Source: Macrostomum hystrix (lineage: Eukaryota > Animalia > Platyhelminthes). Taken from it: a stretch of DNA of 64,000 nt. Shown piece by piece: positions 46,601 to 53,700 of the stretch (positions are counted from its first letter, which is position 1; every line of letters begins with the position of its first letter). The DNA is taken from the NCBI GenBank assembly GCA_950097015.1, contig CATNEN010000008.1, positions 434,001-498,000 of the forward strand. The letters run 5' to 3'. The translations under genes were made by a program, and so were the position numbers. A model generated the notes under the pieces. That model saw only the letters and a list, made by a program, of their open reading frames with translations, had not been told where the DNA came from and ran no database searches.

Positions 46601-48919
46601 AATGAGTATTTTGGCTGTTTGCGGCTCCTGAATGACCACGTCACCCGTTGGGTCCACGAGTGATAAACTGAAACAAAGTTATTTTCACGGTCAAGTTCTG
46701 AATTTTTCAAATTTTGGCTTACACTTTTTCTCTTATCGAAATATTTTTATATTTCACTTCTGAAATCTGCTCAGGGGTCAAATAAATGGGCAGATCTAAT
46801 CGACCTAACTAATATAATTTAGACTATTCCCGCAAGTATTCGATTTGATTCCAAATTAGCAGCACGCGATGCTTACGAGAAGTCCTCCACAGGCTCCGGA
46901 ATGTTGTCAGTCAACACTGTGACCGTGATTTCTTTGCGCGTCTCGCCAGCTGCGAATTCCACGGTCTGGTTCACTGCCCGGTAGTCGCTGTAGAGTGTGG
47001 CTAGGCCATTGTTGTCAACTCGAACGGCTACGCTGGCTGCGGAGTCCACGGGGCCAATGCGACTGCCAGTGGATAGGAAGCCGCGCAAAATCACTATGCG
47101 ATAGTCACTGTCACGGTCGGTTTCGTTTACTCTGTACTGGGCCTGAATGCGATTGAAAATAGCAAGTAAGATTTTTATAGAATCTTTTTAGATCTCCTCC
47201 TCTCACATGTAGTTAAAAAGATTAAGAAGCAGTGAGAAGCAGTAAAATGCATGCTTTGGTTCCAGTTTGACTGTCGCCAAACGACGCGTCAGTGCCGGCA
47301 GCCCTTCTAAAAAAATTAGAAATAGAATATCGGCAACTTACGAACTCGAACCGGACAGGCGCATCGTTGGCTAGCACAGTAATTTCGTAAGTGCTGGCGC
47401 CCGGAGCCAAACTTCCCCTGGTGCCTAGAATGCTCAGCGACACCGTGAATGTCTCATTGTTCTCAGGAATTACGTCGGGCATGATCTGAAAAATACACAA
47501 ATTGGGCTCTTAAAATCTGAGTAAGCTTATAAGGGATTATGATTCAGAAAGGCGATAGCATTCATTAAGGATGATAAGTCATAGTAGTTTCTACTAGTGA
47601 TTGAAGAGCAGAAGAATTGCTGCATTTAGCTTGCCTGCAGTTGCAACACCAGGCTGGACACGCCAGCGGTGAACAGCAGCTGTCCCTCAGCCGGCCCTAC
47701 ATCCAAACCCGGTATGGCGTCCGGATTCGATCCTCCGTCCACACGGAAACCAAGCTGGACGCTATTAAAAAGGCCGCGCGCCCGACTGATCTGCAGACTG
47801 ATCATTGTTGGCACCGCTGTGGCCGGCTCACGAACCAGAGACTGCCGGGGCTGTCAAGTCAGTTTGAGAGTTGATAATGGTTATGACATCTACTAGGAGT
47901 TCTAGTCCACATTTTGCTCAGCTTAGATAGTTTTTCATTTTAAACTTACAGCTTGGAATGAGAAAATTCCATAGGCATCGTCATTAGCCAGGATGGTGAC
48001 GTTTACACTCGTCGGCGCCACCAAAGTTGCGGTGCCTCGCGCCGTCAGACTGATGACGTAGGTCTCATCGTCCTCCGGAATGTCATCATTGACTGTGGTG
48101 AAAGTCACGGTTTGAACGTTGGGTGTCACTCCGGCGTAAAACACCACCGGATAGGAGGTTCCGAAGAAGTCAGATGCCGCGGCCTGGTTCGAGATCTAGA
48201 AGGTCGATAGGAAACGGTTTTTAGTCGAATAAAAACTCATTGATATTTACTGGAACTTGGACAATCGCTTTCTTCAGCACTATCTATTTATCAACTCAAC
48301 TCAACTCAAGGCTTGTATACTAATTATAATAATAATAATAATTCGGGCTACGGGTAATAGCACATCATTTTGTGACCTGCGATTCTGCCCATTCCGCTGA
48401 CTCCTGAGCACATATGCACACAGATACAGTTCGCAGGCCTACGCTCACACAGGTGTATACATCGGCCCTGACTTTCTCGTCGCCAGGCAATGTACACTTT
48501 CACTTTGTGCCGTAAAGGTCGGCTATCAAGGGCGTAAATTGCACAACAGGCCCAAATGAATATGGCTTCGCCGTGGAATCGAGCTCATGAACCTCAGTGC
48601 GAGAGGCAAACGCGTCAACCGCTCTGCCACTCTGCCACTCTGCCACTCACTCAAAAGGCTTGTAAACGAAGACCCCCGCGTGCTTTTCGAGAGCTTGTCA
48701 TGCTGTACTCACCTGAACCACAGCGTAGACATCGTCAATCGGTGTGCCAGTGGGCTTCAGGCTGACGCTGAATCTGTCACTCTCGTTCACAAAGATTGGC
48801 ATCGAAGACATGAAGCTGAGCTCAAACTGGCCCCTGACTGGGCTGGCAGCGAGCCCGATGAAGGCAAGCGCGAGCCAGACGGTTGGCATAGCTACAGGTT
48901 CTGTTGATTTTGGCGACAT
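1..48919 (-). CDS. ADGRV1: Adhesion G protein-coupled receptor V1 (VLGR1/GPR98) orthologue; 64 exons in the window, 3'-partial (runs off the left edge within the 7TM), with two +1 frameshifts
   Basis: Manually spliced exons, 5' to 3': 48713-48919, 47950-48195, 47635-47850, 47342-47485, 46877-47142, 46490-46667, 46018-46350, 45369-45477, 44857-45291, 44383-44786, 43848-44192, 43646-43769, 43183-43573, 42509-42732, 42060-42425, 41255-41484, 40918-41168, 40480-40802, 39926-40174, 39341-39535, 38925-39268, 38621-38824, 38380-38500, 37791-38304, 37460-37662, 37214-37339, 36323-36620, 35858-36032, 35636-35785, 35033-35537, 33983-34928, 33745-33880, 33392-33646, 32592-32923, 32171-32509, 31375-32096, 30701-31264, 30246-30606, 29794-29923, 29470-29646, 28720-29241, 27132-27410, 25657-26192, 23918-24285, 17335-17535, 16732-16994, 15851-16003, 15055-15366, 14116-14479, 7026-7219, 6691-6879, 6357-6604, 5604-5941, 4898-5056, 4193-4705, 3701-3958, 2939-3346, 2732-2818, 1873-1951, 1675-1752, 1499-1605, 1214-1412, 217-324, <1-110. 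All junctions are GT-AG except one GC-AG, and phases match except in exons 6357-6604 and 3701-3958. The product has a signal peptide, dozens of Calx-beta repeats (DDxxPExxExF, NDxPxGxxxF), LamG, EAR repeats, GPS and TM1-3, which is the diagnostic ADGRV1 architecture. Confidence 0.96.
355..1180. repeat. 46-bp G-rich minisatellite (~18 copies) filling ADGRV1 intron 62
   Basis: Unit GAGGGGTAGGAATTTGGCCGAGTCAGGGCGTGAGGTGGATGTCGTT; period confirmed by CAGGGCGTGA at 841 and 887. Confidence 0.95.
1214..1412 (-). CDS. ADGRV1: ADGRV1 GPS autoproteolysis motif and start of TM1
   Basis: [14 protein letters not shown]...FVSCSCNHL|SAYAVV...[14 protein letters not shown] has the canonical C-x-W...W...C...C-x-C-x-H-L-S GPS with an intact H-L-S cleavage triad. 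Confidence 0.93.
2150..2640. repeat. 90-bp higher-order tandem repeat built from three ~30-bp GGGAAT(C/T)C monomers
   Basis: About four near-perfect 90-bp units plus degenerate flanks. This produces the spurious 30-aa-repeat ORF 2209..2694. Confidence 0.9.
5130..5550. repeat. 20-bp tandem repeat (GAGCAGATTCC-AAGA/TAGT-TCTATT), ~20 copies
   Basis: Direct inspection; it fills most of ADGRV1 intron 53. Confidence 0.92.
6010..6260. repeat. 20-21-bp tandem repeat (GGTCT(A/G)GTTGCTATGACATAG), ~12 copies
   Basis: Direct inspection; ADGRV1 intron 52. Confidence 0.88.
7285..8290. mobile_element. Older MITE family C copy interrupted by a second element (7648 to ~8155) with ~58-bp inverted repeats
   Basis: Family C homology stops at ~7648 and resumes at ~8158. 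The insert is bounded by CAAACTTTATCAGCACGTCAC...CTTCGGTGGTC (7648-7705) and its reverse complement (8004-8061). Confidence 0.62.
9195..11273 (-). CDS. TTLL12: Tubulin-tyrosine ligase-like protein 12; single-exon, nested in ADGRV1 intron 49 on the same strand
   Basis: Uninterrupted ORF, 692 aa from MQKAQ (open to 11342). SET-like motif [24 protein letters not shown], and TTL motifs [41 protein letters not shown] and CEVNFCPD. The SET-like plus TTL combination is specific to TTLL12. Confidence 0.93.
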   Translation of the reverse strand: MQKAQTTKAETVESYEDFERLHSGQLTLSGLPKHYWPTLHKKVSSEIYDAGESFVRIKAGRLLRDYCPHSLADDQHDVMLYEYRVQAIASEGILLDDSSHVYLIDHFFSFLAEEIDTQLAQVMSNNNARRRLEDIVYPGLGEEDSGLQADKPPPIVREHVWRVANFYRIQRPGANDASTNVWYVMDEFGSSIRHSDAPSVKVFPFIHLTSGTVYSVMFPLRSMAVYDEATRDWVEGFAREPALRHCRILAERFHAQLYESLCDRPRLRRQLPFYPTPGSHPTGHNPATFAAEFFAGHRINESLPSLESLANAPSVASLGRPMRVFSNLEFVSNHLTCGEKFQLTEDPDTADILWLTDHFKDFDGLSIARPGVLVNQFPFENVLTVKDLLASLAMEAGASWYPLTFNLELELDRFCAHIGNALAKAGNAENADCDSDDRYWIVKPWNMGRGIGIFVCDVFRLGLVELLKRCQATPCIASRYVHRPLLFKRQDLSGGPVKFDFRYMIILRSVRPLTAYVYRKFWLRFSNKPYSLEPALMHDYATHFTVMNYQADQALKNIDCQEFVPLFDAQYAERGLTWGQIEAELVLPTLLDIVRLAVRHPPPKGIAHNPQSRAIYAADLILGWDSAAAAAATSGGISGLQCFACEVNFCPDLTRACAYIPGFMDQIFSTLILDQPVNCHELVVEEKPFDFK
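11462..12109. mobile_element. MITE (~650 bp) with 26-bp TIRs and TA (or TATA) flanks
   Basis: TA|TAGGGTAATGTATCATCAACCGAACA ... TGTTTGGTTGATGATACATTACCCTA|TA (one mismatch); non-coding AT-rich interior with internal subterminal-like repeats. Confidence 0.85.
13007..13470. mobile_element. Foldback/MITE-like element: ~165-bp inverted arms around a ~140-bp spacer
   Basis: 13007-13170 (CACCCGAATGGCATCGAT...GGGCAATTATTTATAACTG) is the near-perfect reverse complement of 13310-13470. Confidence 0.85.
18224..22824 (+). CDS. Two-TM receptor-type guanylyl cyclase (NIT-GC-like architecture, no kinase-homology domain), nested antisense in ADGRV1 intron 44
   Basis: Exons 18224-18245 (tentative; MKSIRIS, G|GTACGC), 18452-19692, 20134-20324, 21097-21311, 21897-21995, 22566-22654 and 22729-22824; all GT-AG and phase-consistent, ~650 aa. 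It has TM1 ([16 protein letters not shown]), a ~280-aa helical sensor region, TM2 ([22 protein letters not shown]), a signalling helix ([16 protein letters not shown]) and a class III GC domain ([50 protein letters not shown]). Confidence 0.88.
21382..21575. repeat. 28-bp minisatellite, ~7 copies, in a guanylyl cyclase intron
   Basis: Unit GAGCGGATGAGGTCA(C/T)TGTCTGACAGGT; copies start at 21382, 21410 and onward. Confidence 0.93.
25200..25450 (+). mobile_element. SINE family A copy with internal deletion (other partial or diverged copies at ~8452-8570 +, 14545-14735 -, 17105-17290 +, 23190-23340 +, 27630-27740 +)
   Basis: Shares GAGCTCGATTCCACAG, GGGGCGCAGCCGCGGA.AGAAGGCTT and GTGTGCTCAGGAGTCAGCG with the full copies. 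Confidence 0.72.
27425..27630. repeat. Compound (TAT)n-(TAG)n microsatellite
   Basis: Direct inspection. It ends ~15 nt from the acceptor of ADGRV1 exon 27132-27410. Confidence 0.95.
28258..28665 (+). mobile_element. tRNA-derived SINE family A, near full-length copy with (TAT)n tail
   Basis: Head with A/B-box-like CGGTTAACGCG...GAGCT(C)GATTCC, shared body (TTTACGCCC...CAGTGAGAGTGTACACTGCC...GTGTGCTCAGGAGTCA...CTGCGGGTCTAG) and an (ATT)n tail; about 11 related copies in the window. Confidence 0.8.
31200..32300 (-). CDS. ADGRV1: ADGRV1 EAR/EPTP repeat region
   Basis: Repeated F-x-I...YL(A/F)(I/V)(A/V)N...SxVYxW...F..xQxIxT units, e.g. [51 protein letters not shown]. Boundaries approximate. 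Confidence 0.85.
33020..33305 (-). mobile_element. tRNA-derived SINE family B (CORE-SINE-like)
   Basis: The reverse complement starts GCCTAGTAGTTAGAGCGTCGGACTC...GGGGTTCGATT (A and B boxes), followed by a CORE-like block and a tail shared with other copies (GTCCATGGACTGAACAGCCGTACGCA). Confidence 0.75.
35636..35785 (-). CDS. ADGRV1: ADGRV1 small Cys-rich (PAN/apple-like) exon not shown in the ORF track
   Basis: cag|[50 protein letters not shown]|gtaag; 150 nt, phase 0/0. It resembles the CxxxCxxxxxCxxF...C segment I recall from vertebrate ADGRV1. Confidence 0.8.
40918..41484 (-). CDS. ADGRV1: ADGRV1 laminin-G/pentraxin-like domain exons
   Basis: [21 protein letters not shown]...[27 protein letters not shown]...[26 protein letters not shown] matches the LamG-3/pentraxin pattern (WHxLxV, GxLxDVRLY). 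Confidence 0.85.
41575..41935 (+). mobile_element. SINE family A copy
   Basis: Collinear with the 28258 copy from head to A/T-rich tail. Confidence 0.8.
48310..48640 (-). mobile_element. SINE family A copy in ADGRV1 intron 1
   Basis: Reverse complement of the family; (ATA)n at 48325-48342 is the tail. Confidence 0.78.
48713..48919 (-). CDS. ADGRV1: ADGRV1 first coding exon: signal peptide and start of Calx-beta 1
   Basis: [30 protein letters not shown]|[17 protein letters not shown]. The ATG is at 48919, with an alternative ATG at 48889; donor CAG|GTGAGT. Confidence 0.85.
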
Positions 48920-50163
48920 GCTACAAGTCGCCAAAGAGTTTTAATCAAATGCTGATCCTAATTCCTGTTTTGGAATTTTCTTGAGGCCAATATAAAATGA
49001 GAGAGTTTCTAAAGCTGCTCTGAACTGATCGCGCTCTCAAAGATCCGACAGGACAGATCCGGATGATGCTCAAGGTCTTAACCGCAGTGCAGCTAGTAAA
49101 TAATGCAGTGATCGCTGCTTCGTTAATTATGCACGGCCCAGTGATCGGTGGACGGACAAGGGCGAGGCTCAGGGGTCCATTTTGAGCATCTCCATTGTTG
49201 TTACCAGGTGCATTCCAACTTTTTTGCCCCTTCTCTTCATCTCCTTATCAGCCTGAGTCTCTTAAAGATTCACTACACAGACAGCCGTACTCGGCCTATT
49301 GTCACAGCGGATGAGTCATCGCGTCTCTAACGGATTGCAATGCTATTCGCTTAGCTGTTTATGGGCTTGAAACATGACACTGTTGGTATCAAGCGAAGAC
49401 TAACCAGAATCGAACCATTTTCGCTATGTTTCTACAATAATTAGATTGAAATTTTATATTTCTACCCTCATATTAAAGATTCTGATTACTAAAAACTAAT
49501 TTTATCGATATATCGAAAGCGTGGGGACATTGGAAACCATAGAAAAGCTACCCCGCTGAATAATTAATTACTAAGTCTTGGAGAGAGCCTTGTAAGTCAG
49601 GCAATGCTTCTATTGCCAGGACTTGATATTATGCATGGCATAAGGTCAGAATAGTATTTGAAAAGGTCTTGATTGCGCACCCTGTGTCAAACAATATTTG
49701 CTTACCAGCTTACAGTTTTTTCCCATGGTCTGGACTTTCCATGCACGATGAATAATGAAGATAATAATGCATCATGGCAGCATTGATGGCGGATGTGGAA
49801 TTCTCACATTCGACTGTTAATTTCTCAGGTCTATTCTCATGCATGAGGGGCCAATGACTCATTTATTACTTGAATTAAAGTCCTCTCGTGAGCTCTCGCG
49901 AGTTTCTGGTCTAATTTATGAGCAGAAGAAAATGTAGAAAGTTATCAAATCTTTGACAAGTGTCCTATGCAGCAATTCAGACAAAAATATTCTAAACTTT
50001 ACAACGAAATCTTTAATTTTTAGATAATAATAAAGTGTAAAGTACAATGCAAAAATGTAGAGAAGTTTTAAACAAAAATAGTTTTTTCTGTCTCATTTCT
50101 AAACCAAATCTAGCCATCTTCATTGACGGCCCATATTTCATTGACGACAACAGAAAGACCACA

Positions 50164-50683
50164 CACAGTGGGGATGTTTCGAATTCCCACATTTTTCTGT
50201 GTCTCTGAAAATATTCAACCAATCATAACTACCTGCTCTAGCCGATGAAACAACATCCAAAATCACTAAACATCAACATCGTCGAGATATTCAACGATTC
50301 TCGTCGGGGTGTCTGTTGGCAAAAGAACCACCAATAAATGGCATACTTTTCTGCTCACAAAATTCAATCATGTAACCATGCCTGCTATCATCTCAATGCC
50401 TATATTGTATTGATTATATTGTCAATTTATACATTTTTGAACCAATACGGATTCGCCAAAGAGGCTTATGCATAGCTGTTTTTTATCCTTGCCACCAGGG
50501 TCTTCGACAAGAATCGTTGAATATCTCGACGATGCTGGCTCGTATGGTTTGGAAAGTAATTTCATCGTAAAGGGCAGAATATTTACGAGCTAGATCCTAC
50601 TGCCAGTGGACTTTGACAAAAATCGGTCATTCGGTTTGTGAGCTATTGTGAAGTAGGCAGTGGGTATTTGAAATAGCCACGTG
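50164..50683. mobile_element. MITE family C copy
   Basis: Homologous to 54656-55147 and ~7285-8290; internal inverted repeat CATCGTCGAGATATTCAACGATTCT (~50280) / AGAATCGTTGAATATCTCGACGATG (~50510); degenerate TIRs. Confidence 0.7.
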
Positions 50684-50721
50684 ATCTTTCTCCAGGGGGG
50701 AATAGCGTGGTTTTTCGGCTG

Positions 50722-53700
50722 TTAAATGCCGAACAGTTTCTGTATCCAGGCTTCCTTGTGCTGAATGGCGTTCAATGAAGAGTCCACTGGGACATCAGCG
50801 GCAGTCGCCGACGCAGCATTTGGTTGCTTTGGAAACAAATCCACGTAGACGGTGCTGAAATTGGTTCGCTCCTTTTCTTTGCACATTTCGGTGCTGGTGC
50901 CAAAGGTCCATTGCTGATGCTGGCTGTAGTAGTCCAAATTGTTTGACACTGTTGCTATCTCCGGGGTCAGAACTCGCACATTCGGATGGCCTCTACGCTG
51001 TCGCTTCTCCTGACGCAACTGTCGTAAACGTTTCCGTAGCAGCCAGAGTGACAGAGCGACGTATTCGAGAAACTCCACGACTGTGATGACGCTGATGCCA
51101 ATCCAGAGGCCTCCAATATATTTTTTTGGAAAAAGTTTTTATTACGCGAGAGAAATTTCATTTCAAAAAAGTAAAATTTAATAATAATTGATTACACCTG
51201 TCCGTTTGGGCCAGATGTGCAGCCGACAGCACAGACGCAGCTATTGTGCGGCGCATCTGTAGGCTGCATACGGCTGATCAGTCCATGGACTGGGGGGACG
51301 CCACACCCACCTTCAATTATCCCAGCTAATGCTGGTACCCATTTAATAGCTGGGTGAACTGAAGCAATGCAGAGATAAGTGTCTTGCTAAAGGACCCAAA
51401 TTGTTCCAGTGGAGTCAGGAATCGAACCCCAGACCTTTAGGTCGTGAGTCAGACGCTCTAGCCACTAGGCTGCAACCTCATCTCAAAATGGCAAAATGGT
51501 ATAACTAGAGGATCTTGAGATTAGAAAAATACTAAGTCGAGATGATTTATACCTAACCTTGTAGCTGCGAGCTATATTCTTATTTATAATGCACTTCTAA
51601 CTAAGGGAGCTTGTTAGCCTAGCTGATCAGAGTCCGGGAGATTAGAACTTTGGACTTCTGACGTTGAAAGACAAAGACCATTTGATTCAGTTCATCCAGC
51701 TATAAACTGGGTTGCAGCATCTGACAGAGTAGTCATTTTGTGAAAGTGGCGGCATCCCCAGTCCACGGACTGAACAACTGTACTCAGCCTTTGGAACTGT
51801 GGCTGTGCCATTGGCTGCACATTGGGTAGCTGCAATTTCTGTTCTCATGTATCTCGTACTACGAGTACCAGTGTTGCTTACCTAGTATTCCACCAAAGTC
51901 ACTGAACAGATTCCTCAACGGGAAGGCGAAGTCCTCTTTGTAGACTGAACTGCGAATCGAAGGCGGGTGAATGTCTAGCACGGCGTAGTTTTCGTTGAGC
52001 TCCTGATTGAGATTCGTCAGCGCCTTCTGCCAAACTGGCGAGTTATGCTCAGCCAGTCGCTGCATGATGTAGAGCCGCACAGCCTCCAGTGAGGAGCCGG
52101 TGGTGCCCGACTTCACAGACTGATTTGAAGGCCAACCGTAGGAGACAGTAGCAAAGGTGTATTTCTTCTGCGCGCACTCCTCATAGCAACTAGACGAGCT
52201 GCAGTTGGATAGAACGGATTTTTAAAGGATTTCTACAGTTTTTAAAGTTTATCATGTTTATAAATTTATTATGCGAATAAAGTTTCTCACTCGATTCCGA
52301 CTGTGTCCTGACGATTCTTAACGACGTAGAAGCAGCGAATGTTGGCCAGCGGTCGCTTGAACTCGGACCAGTGATCGCGGAAGATGTAATCATCCAACCG
52401 GACGTACACACCAGATGCGTTTTTAATAGTGTAGTACAGCCAGGTGGAGTCGGCAGATGCAAAGAAGTCTACATAGATGTCTCTGCAGATTATGCGGTAA
52501 GAAAATTCGCTAAAAATTTTACTGCCACACCCGCGTGGTAGTACAACGGCTTCTCTTGAATTACTCCATGCTATTTGTTTCACCTTACTACAAATTAACC
52601 CCCCAGTGACAAGCCATCACCCGCATTCCTTCTTTAATCTTCAACTTTTGGGATTCAATCGAACAGGAATTTAGCTATCTGTAGTGAGCCACTGCTTAGG
52701 GGCCTATTGGTGTCTCACTAGCTGTCAGTGCACCACCTGCTCGGAACGAGCGTAGCTAAGGTAACCTTCGTTGACACTGAGGGACTGTCCGGCCCGCCTA
52801 CCTCTGGCGCCGTCTGGTCTGTTCCTCTCTGCCCGCCTGTCCCCCTTTGCCTCGCCTGCACTTCGAGTGTGCTTTCTCTCCCCCTGCCACGGATGAGTCA
52901 TCACCTCTGTGTCCCGCGCTGGGTCTCTTTGTTCTCCCTTCCCCCTTTCTTGTGTGCGTCTGTCTGGCGTCAGCCATCACGGGTTTCGTCTCACGTGACT
53001 TGCCTCTCTCTTTGTCTTCTAAAGTGCAGTAAACATATTTACTCAATAATGAGTCAGGGCCTATGTTGGAGAGACGTTTTGAGCGCCACTGACGTCAGTT
53101 GCTATTTTTAGATTCAATCACGTGTTTTCTAACTTAGCCCTGGCCCTGCCTATAAAAGAAGCACCGCTTCCCGCTTCTCTTCATGAGTGTCTAGTTTCTG
53201 TTCGCCTTTACTCCAAGTTCCGTTGCGTCAAGTGCTATCGTTGTTCGAGTTCCTGCATGTATCGCAGTCAGTGTGTGTGACTGCTCGCAAGCTCTGGCCA
53301 TCCCCACCCAAGCTACGACAGCCTCTAACTGCGCCTGGAATCTCTGCACGGTGTGCGACTCTCGAGACTTTATGACTTCATCCTTTTCGGACCTTCCTTC
53401 ATCCTTTCGAATGGCTCTGTAAAAATACTCAGATTTAACCAACCTGAAGAATACTTCCTCAGGCAACTCGTGGCAAGGCTTGTAACGTTCGAAAACACTT
53501 TTCGTCACCACAATGTGGTCGGCAAAGCAGCCGCACTGCGATAAGAATTCGGCCTGTCGTAAGTGCTGCAGGCAGTCCTCCTGGATTGTGGCGAATTGCT
53601 GCGTCTCAACCGGCCGCCAAGGCTGTGAGTAGTCAGTGACGTAAGTGGCGGGCGGCCTGGATGCGATGCATGGCTGGCTACTGCGATCCACCTGTCAGTG

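Noticed and set aside
3973-48944. Numerous plus-strand ORFs opposite ADGRV1 exons (e.g. 6235..6912, 34132..34521, 36329..36694)
   Set aside because: These are antisense shadows of GC-rich coding exons, with no independent motifs or splice structure.
50164-50170. CACAGTG at a MITE end as a RAG/Transib-type recombination signal
   Set aside because: The heptamer is not present at the opposite end or in the better-preserved copy (CCACGG/CCATGG ends); there is no nonamer and no transposase.
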